64,000 bases of DNA. It comes from Alphaproteobacteria bacterium (GTDB taxonomy: Bacteria; Pseudomonadota; Alphaproteobacteria; 16-39-46). Of the stretch, positions 20,456-30,398 are shown in pieces (positions within the stretch are counted from its first letter, which is position 1; every line of letters begins with the position of its first letter). The stretch lies in contig JAGYKM010000005.1 in NCBI GenBank assembly GCA_018401675.1, positions 26,720 to 90,719 on the forward strand, in the 5' to 3' direction. A program made the position numbers and the translations under genes. Below the pieces are notes generated by a model. That model ran no database searches. It saw nothing but the letters and a program-made list of their open reading frames with translations, and was not told the DNA's origin.

Positions 20456-21460
20456 ATGGAATCACATACGTTTACAGTCCCTATGGACACCCCCAAACAA
20501 AGAGCTGATAGCTTTTTAGCTCAAAATTATCCCCTTATATCACGCACTCAAATTAAGCGCCTCATAGAAGCGGGGCATCTTCTCATCCAAGATAAGATCA
20601 TTCTTGATGCAAGTTTTTATCTCCATGGAGGGGAAACCCTCATCCTTCAAGTTCCCCCACCGGTAGATCCACACCCCAAAGGCCAGGCTATGGAGCTTAT
20701 GATTCCTTACGAAGATGATCATATACTTGTGATAGATAAGCCAGCCGGCTTAGTCGTTCATCCGGCTCCTGGAAATCCTGACCAAACTTTAGTCAACGCC
20801 CTCATAGCCCATTGTGGTGACTCTCTTTCTGGGATTGGTGGGGTACGACGGCCTGGGATTGTGCACCGTCTTGATAAAGGCACAAGTGGGCTTTTGGTGG
20901 TTGCAAAATCCGATAGAGCTCATCAAAAACTAACCAAACAATTCACCACCCGTACCATTTCTCGTAAATACTTGGCTTTGATTCCTGGGGTGCTCATGCC
21001 TCCTTCGGGCACCATCATAAAAAATATAGATAGGTCGCGCAAAAACAGACTTAAAATGACCACAGTGACCTCTGGCGGAAAAGAAGCAATCACTCATTTT
21101 TCTACTGTAGAAACGTTGGGCCCCCTTCAAAACCCAAAAATCAGATCAAGTCTCATTTCATGTCGCCTAGAAACAGGACGCACCCACCAAATTCGCGTCC
21201 ATCTCGCCGATTTAAAACATCCCCTTCTGGGAGATGACCTCTATGGTCAAAACTTGAGCACCCACCCTTTGCAAAAAATTCTGAATCACCTCAATTGGCC
21301 TGCAGGACGTCAAGCGCTTCATGCGGAATCTCTATCCTTTATTCACCCTATAACTTCTGAAGAATTAAGTTTCTCAAGCCCTCTGCCTGAAGACTTAACG
21401 AAACTCAAGGAAGTCTTGAAAACCATCCCTCCAGAAGGCTTTCCCATAGCCCCCTTTTAA
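20456..21460 (+). CDS. rluD: RluA-family 23S rRNA pseudouridine synthase (RluD-like)
   Basis: N-terminal S4 domain (RADSFLAQNYPLISRTQIKRLIEAGHLLI) and catalytic motif HRLDKGTSGLLVVAK. The ATG at 20456 is preferred over the track's TTG at 20441. Confidence 0.9.
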   Translation: MESHTFTVPMDTPKQRADSFLAQNYPLISRTQIKRLIEAGHLLIQDKIILDASFYLHGGETLILQVPPPVDPHPKGQAMELMIPYEDDHILVIDKPAGLVVHPAPGNPDQTLVNALIAHCGDSLSGIGGVRRPGIVHRLDKGTSGLLVVAKSDRAHQKLTKQFTTRTISRKYLALIPGVLMPPSGTIIKNIDRSRKNRLKMTTVTSGGKEAITHFSTVETLGPLQNPKIRSSLISCRLETGRTHQIRVHLADLKHPLLGDDLYGQNLSTHPLQKILNHLNWPAGRQALHAESLSFIHPITSEELSFSSPLPEDLTKLKEVLKTIPPEGFPIAPF

Positions 21461-21520
21461 GGTGACAGGTTAACTTTTTTCCTTCAGGATTTAACTAGTG
21501 TGACTAGTTAAGAATGGACT

Positions 21521-21862
21521 ATGCATGTTTGGCCCTTACAAGAGGAAAAAGCCCACCTCAGCAATGTTGTAAAATTGTGCGTTGAATCACCTCAGGTTAT
21601 TTCTTTAAGGGGAGTTGAGAAAGTTATTATGCTTACAATGGAAGATTACGAAAAATTATTAGAAAAGAAAGGCAGCTTTATTTCCTTCATGCAAAATTCT
21701 CCCTTAAAAGGAATGGACTTAGATTTTGAAAGAGACCCCTCATTACCCGGGATACTGGTCTATGATTTACTTACTGGACACCAACGTTATTTCCGAAGGG
21801 AGTCGAGCATCCCCCAATCCTCATGTGATAAACGAACTTCCCAATCATCACCTAGCGATTAG
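21521..21862 (+). pseudogene. Phd/YefM-family antitoxin with a frameshifted 3' end
   Basis: MHVWPLQEEKAHLSNVV...MEDYEKLLEKKGSFISFMQNSPLKGMDLDFERDPSLP matches Phd/YefM antitoxins that pair with VapC. The expected ending ...LPRDTGL* is readable one frame over, with its TGA at 21763-21765. A 1-nt loss in the CCC/GGG run near 21746 gives a 37-aa aberrant tail. Confidence 0.65.
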
Positions 21863-22157
21863 CGTCCTTACCTTAGGAGAAATCCGAAGCTTCCTCTAAA
21901 AAATCTAAACTCCTGCACTGCCTTGAAGGTGAGCTCACCGATTGGTTTCAAGGAAGAATTATTTCTATTGATGAAAAGTAGCTGATAAATGGGGAAGTCT
22001 TTGCGCTGCTTCCAAGCCACTTCTTGCCATAGATGGCCTGATTGCTGCTTCTGCCTTGGTTCATAATTTAAAACTTGTCACACGAAATACAAAAGATTTT
22101 CAATCAATAGCCCCATTGACTTTGATCGATCCGTGGCTCCCAGCTCTTCATAAATAA
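21762..22157 (+). pseudogene. vapC: VapC (PIN-domain) toxin, frameshifted
   Basis: The ATG at 21762 overlaps the inferred antitoxin stop (ATGA). MIYLLDTNVISE...ISVLTLGEIRS is followed by stops. The remainder (...DKWGSLCAASKPLLAIDGLIAASALVHNLKLVTRNTKDFQSIAPLTLIDPW) is found in another frame. Confidence 0.65.
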
Positions 22158-22331
22158 GCCCCTTCTGTATTTACGACTTTAACTAAAAAACATGACATAG
22201 AAAAAGCCTCTCCCTTAGACCTTTGTTGAACTTTTCTACTGATGCCTAACAAGACCAGAATTTTACCAATCCATCTTCTCCAAGAAACAGCATAGGACGG
22301 TCCAGACATAGCCTTCCTTCAAAATTCTACT

Positions 22332-23370
22332 TTATTTAACAGGAACGCCCTTAGTGGTAGAGTATTCAAAATGGTAGACTTCTCCTGGAAATATGTGTCT
22401 TTGAATACTATGAGCCGCCACAGCCCCTTCTGAAAAACCCGTCAATATCAGTTTTAATTTTCCTGGATAGGTGGCGATATCCCCTATGGCAAAAATACCC
22501 GGGGTGGACGTTTGACACGTGGCCGGATCCACCACAATATGATTTCTATCCAGGCCCAGCCCCCATTCAGCAATGGGTCCTAAATTCATAGAAAGCCCAA
22601 AGAAAGGCAAAAGAATGTCCGTTTCATAGCGCATGGTCTTACCTTCTAAGTCCTGAAGATGAACAGCTTTCAAAACGCCCGTCTCTTTGTCACCTTCTAA
22701 CTCATGAAGTTGGTAAGGCACAATCAGATCAATTTTACCTTCTTGAGCCAAAAGCTCTAAACGTCGAACGCTTTCCGGAGCCCCCCTAAATTTTGGACGT
22801 CGGTGAACCATAAGCACACGCTTAGCAATGGAAGAAAGTTCTAACGCCCAATCAAGAGCCGAATCTCCTCCTCCCGCGATCATAACTGTTTTGTCTCTCA
22901 ACGATTCTTTTTGACGAACGTGATAAAAGACCTTTATCTTCGTAAACTATAAATTAGTTTAAGGGGACGATTTGATTCAAAGCCCCCACCCCCGCAGCAA
23001 TCACGCAATTGGCTCACATAAAAGTCCCTTTAGTGGTTTTCACCTCCCACCCAGGCTTTCCATTAACGTCTTGCACCCGGATAACGTCAGTCACCATTTG
23101 ATCGTGATGAAACACAGGAGTAAAAGGCTCCATTTGCTGGACTAGCTTTGCAATAAGATCAGCTCCTGTGATCTCAGGCCACGCAGGAATATCATAAAGA
23201 GGCTTCTCTGGATATAAAGCCGCACACTGACCTCCCACAAATGACAAAGCATCCACCACATGACACTTCAAGTTAAGCATACCACACTCAAAAATAGAGA
23301 ATAATCCCACAGGCCCTGCGCCAATAATAATCACATCCGTGGTCTCCCCTTTGGTGGGACTTCGATCCAT
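22332..23370 (-). pseudogene. Thioredoxin-reductase-like ferredoxin-NADP(+) reductase, broken in the middle
   Basis: The N-terminal piece is DVIIIGAGPVGLF...GGQCAALYPEKPLYDIPAWPEI. The C-terminal piece is KTVMIAGGGDSALDWALEL...GIFAIGDIATYPGKLKLILTGFSEG. The 112-nt gap encodes the missing middle (ANCVIAAGVGALNQ...YEDKG/VFYHVRQKE) but contains a TGA, a TAA and one frameshift. Confidence 0.8.
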
Positions 23371-23467
23371 TTTCTGCTCCTTTTATCAATAATGGGGTTT
23401 ATCTGCCCCTCCACAGACAACATTTCTTACTTGCTGTCTTGTTTATGACCCATTACAACTATTCAGT

Positions 23468-23983
23468 ATGAATGGCCAGACTTTTTTAAAAACCCTTTAT
23501 ATGAAAAATCTTAAAGAAACCCTTTCTTTTGGGCAACGCTTTGCTTCTATTCTCCAACAAAAAGATGTGGTTGCTCTTCAAGGAGACCTAGGGGCCGGAA
23601 AATCCACTTTTGCCCGCGCTGTTATCCATAGCTTATGCCCCGCTGTAGACCATATTCCAAGCCCAACCTTTACCTTGATTCAATCTTATGACCCCGCAAA
23701 TCCCCTTCATGGCGTTGTAACTCATGGGGATTTTTGGAGACTACACGCTCCAGAAGAAGTGCTTGAGCTTGGGCTACAAGACCTATTTCCGCAAGGCATT
23801 TCTTTGATCGAGTGGCCTGAGCGAATGGGGCCTTTTTTGCCCCCTCAAGCTCTCTTTTTGGAGTTCACCCTCCCGGACTTGTCCCTTCCTGAGCAACGAC
23901 TTCTCACATTGAGGGGCTCTCTCTTATGGCAAGAAAGACTAGCGCATCTGTTGACTTCTTTTCTTCAAGATTCAATGTCATGA
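23468..23983 (+). CDS. tsaE: tRNA threonylcarbamoyladenosine biosynthesis ATPase TsaE
   Basis: Walker A LQGDLGAGKSTFARA followed by IPSPTFTLIQSY. An alternative ATG start lies at 23501. Confidence 0.85.
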   Translation: MNGQTFLKTLYMKNLKETLSFGQRFASILQQKDVVALQGDLGAGKSTFARAVIHSLCPAVDHIPSPTFTLIQSYDPANPLHGVVTHGDFWRLHAPEEVLELGLQDLFPQGISLIEWPERMGPFLPPQALFLEFTLPDLSLPEQRLLTLRGSLLWQERLAHLLTSFLQDSMS

Positions 23984-26981
23984 GTGCCGCCCCTTCAGGT
24001 CTTTATGCCTATCCCACAGGTCATGGTCTTTTGAAAGACCTCGCTCACTCTTTAATTAAAAAATGCACTTCAGACCCTGCTGCCCTAGGGCGGAACGTTA
24101 TACTACTCCCTACCCGGCGTTGCGCCCGACTCTTAACCACCCTTATCCATCAAAACGTCCCTCATAGTTTCTTTATGCCTCACTTGTTTACCTTTGGAGA
24201 TTTGGCCTCTCAAGGGATTGGATTTTTGCAAAGCCTTGGCTTACCCATTACACCAGTCGATCGTGCCCTTTTAAGTTCCACATCTCTCCCCATCCATCCC
24301 CTACGAGCTCACTTACTTATTACGTCTTGGCTCCACGACTTAAGCCTTAAAAAAAAAGATGCCCCTGAATCCGCCACTCATAAAAATCTCTCCCATTTAC
24401 TCCTCCATACCTATTCTACTTTGAGCGAACAAGGACGGTCTTTGAGTGAGGTAGAATCTCATATACCAGATATGCATGCGCTTCATTGGGAGCACTACAC
24501 ATCCTTGCTTAAACAGTTTTGGACTTTTTGGCCCCAGTGCCTTCTAGACCAAAATCGATCCGACCCCGGCGCGTATAAAAAAATACAACTGGACCATCTT
24601 AGTGCTATTCTTAAAGACAAATCTGATGTTTCCTCTCTTTATCTCATTGCTCCCAAGGGTCTTTCCCAGGGCCTTAGCTACCTTTTCACTACTTTGGCTC
24701 AAAAAAAAGCAACGATTCTTTTCGAAGGAGATATGGACGAACTTCATCCTACTTCGCAAAGATCTATACCTTGCTTGGCTTATTCGGAACAACAGGCTTT
24801 TCTAGAAATGCTTCCGCCTTCTCTATCCACCCTTGAACCTTGGCCTTCATCTCCACATCTAACTTCTGATCGGTTCAACAGACAATATGCTTTAAAGAAG
24901 CACTTGTCCTTAGGCGTAGAGCCGTCAAATGCTTTTGAAAAATCTCTTCCGGATTCTGGACAAACGCCCCTTACCTTTTGGGAAGCCGAAACCTTAAGCG
25001 AAGAAGCGCAATTCATTGCTCTCAAGTTAAGAAAAGTCCTCACAACCCCAGGAAAAACCGGTGTCCTCATTACACCCAATCGTCTCTTAGCCCAACGAGT
25101 AACCCAAGAGCTTTTCTACTTTGGCATCATCCCAGATGACTCTTATGGAGTTCCTATCAGCCAAACCCCTTTGGGTCAGCTCATGATGTTGTCTTGGTCA
25201 TGTATGCGCCATGATTTTTCGGCTTCTTATCTGCAAGCTTTACTCTGTCACCCTCTGTGCACATTAGGCATGGACCGAAAACACTTCTCGAAGATTTATG
25301 GACTTCTTGAAAAGCACTTTTTGCGCGGCCTCTCCTCTATACCTGGAATTTCATTTCTGAAAACCAGAGTCACAAAGACTGCCGGCTCTCTCTCTCTATC
25401 CAAGACGGCGCTTTTACACATCATTGAGCTCCTTAATACTCTTGAAGAAAACTTCCAATCTCTCATCGATTTAAAACCTACCCAGCTAGGAACCCCAGTA
25501 GACCTTGTTCAGATGTTTGACGCTCATATTGACGTTATAAAGAAATTGATTAGATCACCCGACGAGACTCCACATATGGCCCTTTTTGACTCTTTTAAGT
25601 CTTCCATGTCCTCTTTAAGGCCCCTCTTGATTAAGTTGCCCCGTTCATCAGCTACTTCCTATCAAGACACCTTGGAAAGTTACTTGCACGCTACCACTCT
25701 ACCCCGAAATCCTACTCACTTTGACATTTCCATACTGGGCATTTTAGAAGGACGACTGATTTCGCCGGACTTTGTCATTTTAGGCGGCTTGAACGAAAGC
25801 ACCTGGGACTCAGCCCTTGCTCCTAACCCCTGGCTCAATCAAAACTTGTGCGGGACACTCTCCTTAGACACCAATAAAACCATTCAAAACCAAATTTTCC
25901 AGGAGTTTCTTTCTCATCTTTGCCATCCTGAAGTATGTCTCACTCGAGCCAAAAGAAGTCCTTCTGGCGTAGAAAAGCCATCTCGCTTTTTTCTACAAGC
26001 CAAAACGAAGGGTCAATTTTATAAGCTTATCACTTTGGATGTAGAGGCCCATCTGGTTAATAAAGTCTATAAAACTCCGGTCCCCTATGGAAGTCAACCT
26101 CCGGCCCCTTCCCCGCCCTTAGCGTTACGCCCTACCACTTTACTTGTTACAAGCATGGCCGCATTAAACAATAATCCTTATAGCTTCTACGTTCGTCATA
26201 TTCTAAAATTAGTGCCCTTGCGCGGGATTGAAGAACAGCCATCTCCTAGAGATTTAGGAATCTGGATTCATACCATACTAGAAAGGTCTTTAAAAAAAGA
26301 TCACCTAACAGCTTCGAGCATGTGGTCTTCTTTTGAGAAATCCACTCCTTTTATAAACCTCCCAGCCACCACTCGTTTTTTCCTAAAGAAAAACTTCTTG
26401 TCTATTTTAAAAGTTTTGAAGCTGCCCACCAGGCGCATATGCAAGCCACTAGCTATCCTTCCCTTCACCTTGAAGTCCCTTTGGGATATACTTTTACTCC
26501 CCGTCTTTGCGATACTCGTGGGCCCATCACCCTCAAAGGAAGAGTCGATCGTCTTGAGATGTATCCCCCCCCTAAAGATAGCTTAAATTGCCAAAGGACT
26601 GTTCAGCTTATGGATTATAAATCGGGCACTTTACCCTCTCATAAAGATATTTGTTCAGGAAAGTCTCCCCAGATGCCCCTTCTTGGCCTCCTTCTCACAC
26701 AAAAGTTGAATGCCTTAGATCCAGCCAGTTTTGACGCCAGTTTTTGGACCTTAGAGCCCGGACTTTCTTCTCTATCTCCAATTAAGAACTTTTCTCAAGC
26801 CATAGACCAAGTCGAGGGTGTGTTTTACGATCTCCTAGAGAGGTTTTACGGCACCGCTTGTCACCCGTATAAAGCCACTCGAAGTGGATTCGATCCTTTT
26901 CCCACCCTATCTCGCCAACAAGAATGGTCAGGGGTTCTCTCCCATTTTTTTCAAATGGAGGAGACCACGACCCATGTCTAA
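23980..26981 (+). CDS. addB: Double-strand break repair protein AddB (alphaproteobacterial type), interrupted by one frameshift near 26400-26420
   Basis: The ATG at 23980 overlaps the tsaE stop (ATGA). It is long and collinear with AddB. The C-terminal nuclease-like module (GPITLKGRVDRLE...VQLMDYKSGTLPS...GKSPQMPLL) is in ORF 26439..26981, one frame away. The switch maps to the TTTTAAAAGTTTT tract. This is either a pseudogene or a homopolymer sequencing error. Confidence 0.75.
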
Positions 26982-29900
26982 CCCTCAGAGCACTCCTTCC
27001 CGTTCTTCGTTGCATAACTCCCATTGGGTACAAGCATCTGCAGGATCTGGAAAAACGAAAATTCTCACTGATCGTATCTTAGAATGCCTCTTAGAAGGCA
27101 CCCCCCATCAAAAAATCCTGGCGCTTACCTTTACTAAGGCTGCCGCTTCCGAAATGGAAGAACGAGTTTTAAAAACAGCCGCCTATTGGGGTCTTTTAAG
27201 CTTAGAAGAACTTGAAAAAGAACTTACCACCTTTTTCCCCAAACCAAGTTCTCTTCACATTGAACGTGCCCATTCTTTATTCAATACCCTTACTCAAGGA
27301 GACGCATTGCGCATCCAAACGCTCCATGCCTTTTGTCACACATTACTGTCTCAGTTTCCCATAGAATCAGATCTCACGCCGGGATTTACCTTACTCGATA
27401 ACCCCCAAACTCAAGATTTTTTTTCTGAAGTCATCGAAACCCTTAAAACCGACATTTATGAAGAAAATCAAAGAATTTCAGACTCTTTAACTCACGCCTT
27501 TTCCCCTCTGGATCCTATCCTCACCGTCCAGGATTTGAATCGTCTCAATCCTTCATGGAATAATGCCACCTTTGAAGCCCTTTGCCGCACTATTTTGCAA
27601 CGTAGCCGCTCTTTTAATCATTTTTTTGACAAGCTCCATAGTGGCTTTAAAGATCCGATCCCTCTAGAGAAGCTTCAAGAAGAAGCACTCACAGAATTCC
27701 TAACCCCCCCTTCTTTACCTTTAGATGTTCTCTCTTTGTGGCATGAACTCCTAAAAGAATCGGGAGCAGAAACTTCCGTCTTGAAACAATTCCTATCCAG
27801 TTCCCTTGAAGAACGGGTTTTGTTGTTTGAGTCATATCGGTCGTTATTTTTGACCCAACAAAATACCCCGCGAAAAGTTCTTCTCTCTAAAGGACTCCAA
27901 TTGAAAAAACCGTCTCTTTTGGAACATCTCCTCCAGGAGCAAAATCGGATCCTTGAGCTTGAAAACGCTCGAAAACAAATAGGATTCGAAGCCATGACCC
28001 ATAGTTTTCATCTATTGGCCTATAAACTGGTGTCTCATTACACAACCATGAAATTCAAAAAAAATCTATTGGACTATGAAGACCTTCTTCATAAAACCCA
28101 TGATCTTCTTACGAAAGGAGATGCTATACCGTGGATCCTTTTTAAACTAGATCACTCTTTAGATCATATTCTCTTAGATGAAGCTCAAGATACCAATGCC
28201 ATTCAGTGGAAAATCGTCCTCACCCTCTTTATGCACCTCCAAGATAACCAAACCTCAAATACGCCAAAAACCCTCTTTGTAGTAGGAGATGAAAAACAAT
28301 CCATTTATGGATTTCAAGGCGCTCATCCCAAACTTTTTCAAGACGCCCAGGAGCAAATTGTATCTCTTCTCACTCATTCTTCCACATCACTGATTAAACA
28401 AACCCTCGATTTTTCTTGGCGGTCCTGTCCAGCGGTCATCCAAACTGTGGAGGGGGTATTTGAGGACCCTTCTCTTCGAAAATCCCTCTCCTACGGCGAC
28501 TGGAGGCCTCATAAAGTCACCCGTTGCACCCATCCTGGCGAAGTTGATCTTTGGCCTCTTATTACCAAATCGGCTCATCCCGACCAAGATTTTGTTCCCA
28601 CATCGAATCAACAGTTAGCTCAAGCGATTACCCAAACCATTATAGAATTGGTTGATAAAAAGACTTTCTTACCCTCCCTCAATCGGCCGGCTCAGTACGG
28701 AGACATACTCATTCTCGTCCGGAAACGCTCCTCTTTCATTGATGATCTTATTCGCTTGCTCAAAAGCCAAAATATTCCTGTTCTAGGAAAAGATCTTTTT
28801 ATTCTGCAAGATCATTTAGGTATTCAAGATCTTCTCGCTTTGGGAAACTGGGTACTATGTCCCGATGATGACTACGCCTTGGCTTGTCTTCTTAAGGGCC
28901 CTTTTTTTACTTTACCTGATGCCGCACTTGAACACCTCGCCACCACACGGAGTGACATGACCTTGTTCGAACGCCTTGAACTAGAAGCTCAACAATCGCC
29001 TTATCTACCTACTGTCTTAGAAAAACTCCATACCTTTCAAGAAATATCGAGAAGCCAGATTCCCAGTACTTTTTTTTCAAATGTACTCACCCAGTGTGGT
29101 GGTCGCCAATCTTTATTAAATCACTTCGGTACAGACATACTAGACTTCATAGAAATCTTCATGGAGCGCGTTTGCCATCTAGAACAAGCTAACCACTATT
29201 CTTTGCCTTTAACTCTTCATGAATTAACCACCCACTCGACGCCTATAAAACGAGATCTCAGCACGCCCTCTCCCCATCACGTACGTATTATGACGGTTCA
29301 TGGCGCCAAAGGGCTTCAATCACCCATAGTCATTCTCCCAGATACCACCACCGTTCCTAGTGGGCCTTCTTGTGGAGAACTCCTCTGGCATCAAGGAATA
29401 CCCCTTCTCATCCCCCAAAAATCAGTGTGGCCTCAATACCTTCATGTCCTGGTGGACGAAGCTAAAATCACCGACTTGGAAGAATATATGAGATTGCTCT
29501 ACGTGGCTTTGACCCGAACCCAAGATAAATTAATCGTAGGCGGCGCCCTTTCAGACAAACGCAAGCTACCCGATGAGTGCTGGTACGCTCATATCCATAA
29601 GGCACTTAAAAAATACGGCATTGCCGCTTCTTATCCCCATCTCCCCATTTCCCATGAGGATGGCCAGAAGGAACCTGGGTATCGGCTATATGATCCTAAA
29701 CCCAAAATGCCCTTATGCTCTCTTTCAGCCGATGCTCAAGATCCTCTTCAATCCACCCCATTACCCGAGTGGTGCTTGCAAACAAGTCTTAGTACTGAAG
29801 AATATCCTATTGAGCCTTCTGCTTGGAAAAATCCAGAATCAGATACCCCTTCTCTCCAGCAAGGCATTCTTCTTCACGGGCTTCTCGAAGAACTGCTTCC

Positions 29901-30324
29901 TTGCCCTACCCATACATGGGAACTTCATGGACCCATCATTCTCAAAAACCTTATTCAACGCTATGACTACGCCCCAACTCACGAAGCCCAATCAATGCTT
30001 CTGAGGAAAATTTACCCCATGGCTACCAAGGAATCCTTGAATTTTCTATTGGACCCCAGAGCCAGAAGAGAAGTTTCTGTTGTGGGATTAGGAGGAGAAC
30101 GTCCCATCACAATCCGCATAGACTTTCTCTTGGAAACCGAGGATTGTGTATGGATTATTGACTATAAGAGTGATATTTTGCCACCTCTACCCAAGTCAGC
30201 TGTTTTTCTCAAGTATAAAACTCAATTAGAGCTCTACACAAAAATAATCCAAAACATTTATCCTTATAAAAAAATCCGTCGCGGAATTTTATGGATTGAA
30301 ACCCTCGAGCTCTTTGAACTTTAA
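26974..30324 (+). CDS. addA: Double-strand break repair helicase-nuclease AddA
   Basis: UvrD-type motifs VQASAGSGKTKILTDR, ILALTFTKAAASEM, LLDEAQDTN and MTVHGAKGLQSP. C-terminal PD-(D/E)xK module (IRIDFLLETEDCVWIIDYKSD). The ATG at 26974 overlaps the addB end by 8 nt. Confidence 0.9.
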   Translation: MSNPQSTPSRSSLHNSHWVQASAGSGKTKILTDRILECLLEGTPHQKILALTFTKAAASEMEERVLKTAAYWGLLSLEELEKELTTFFPKPSSLHIERAHSLFNTLTQGDALRIQTLHAFCHTLLSQFPIESDLTPGFTLLDNPQTQDFFSEVIETLKTDIYEENQRISDSLTHAFSPLDPILTVQDLNRLNPSWNNATFEALCRTILQRSRSFNHFFDKLHSGFKDPIPLEKLQEEALTEFLTPPSLPLDVLSLWHELLKESGAETSVLKQFLSSSLEERVLLFESYRSLFLTQQNTPRKVLLSKGLQLKKPSLLEHLLQEQNRILELENARKQIGFEAMTHSFHLLAYKLVSHYTTMKFKKNLLDYEDLLHKTHDLLTKGDAIPWILFKLDHSLDHILLDEAQDTNAIQWKIVLTLFMHLQDNQTSNTPKTLFVVGDEKQSIYGFQGAHPKLFQDAQEQIVSLLTHSSTSLIKQTLDFSWRSCPAVIQTVEGVFEDPSLRKSLSYGDWRPHKVTRCTHPGEVDLWPLITKSAHPDQDFVPTSNQQLAQAITQTIIELVDKKTFLPSLNRPAQYGDILILVRKRSSFIDDLIRLLKSQNIPVLGKDLFILQDHLGIQDLLALGNWVLCPDDDYALACLLKGPFFTLPDAALEHLATTRSDMTLFERLELEAQQSPYLPTVLEKLHTFQEISRSQIPSTFFSNVLTQCGGRQSLLNHFGTDILDFIEIFMERVCHLEQANHYSLPLTLHELTTHSTPIKRDLSTPSPHHVRIMTVHGAKGLQSPIVILPDTTTVPSGPSCGELLWHQGIPLLIPQKSVWPQYLHVLVDEAKITDLEEYMRLLYVALTRTQDKLIVGGALSDKRKLPDECWYAHIHKALKKYGIAASYPHLPISHEDGQKEPGYRLYDPKPKMPLCSLSADAQDPLQSTPLPEWCLQTSLSTEEYPIEPSAWKNPESDTPSLQQGILLHGLLEELLPCPTHTWELHGPIILKNLIQRYDYAPTHEAQSMLLRKIYPMATKESLNFLLDPRARREVSVVGLGGERPITIRIDFLLETEDCVWIIDYKSDILPPLPKSAVFLKYKTQLELYTKIIQNIYPYKKIRRGILWIETLELFEL

Positions 30325-30398
30325 GAGCCTTAACTTATAGCTTCTGGATATTAAGGAAACGATCCTAATGTGTCTTTGTATCCACGGCATCACCACGG

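Noticed and set aside
29573-30004. 143-aa ORF inside addA, and similar nested ORFs 16658..17005, 17856..18194 and 15275..15532 inside the MFS genes
   Set aside because: These are alternative frames of confidently assigned genes. They are hydrophobic or low-complexity translations typical of off-frame reads.
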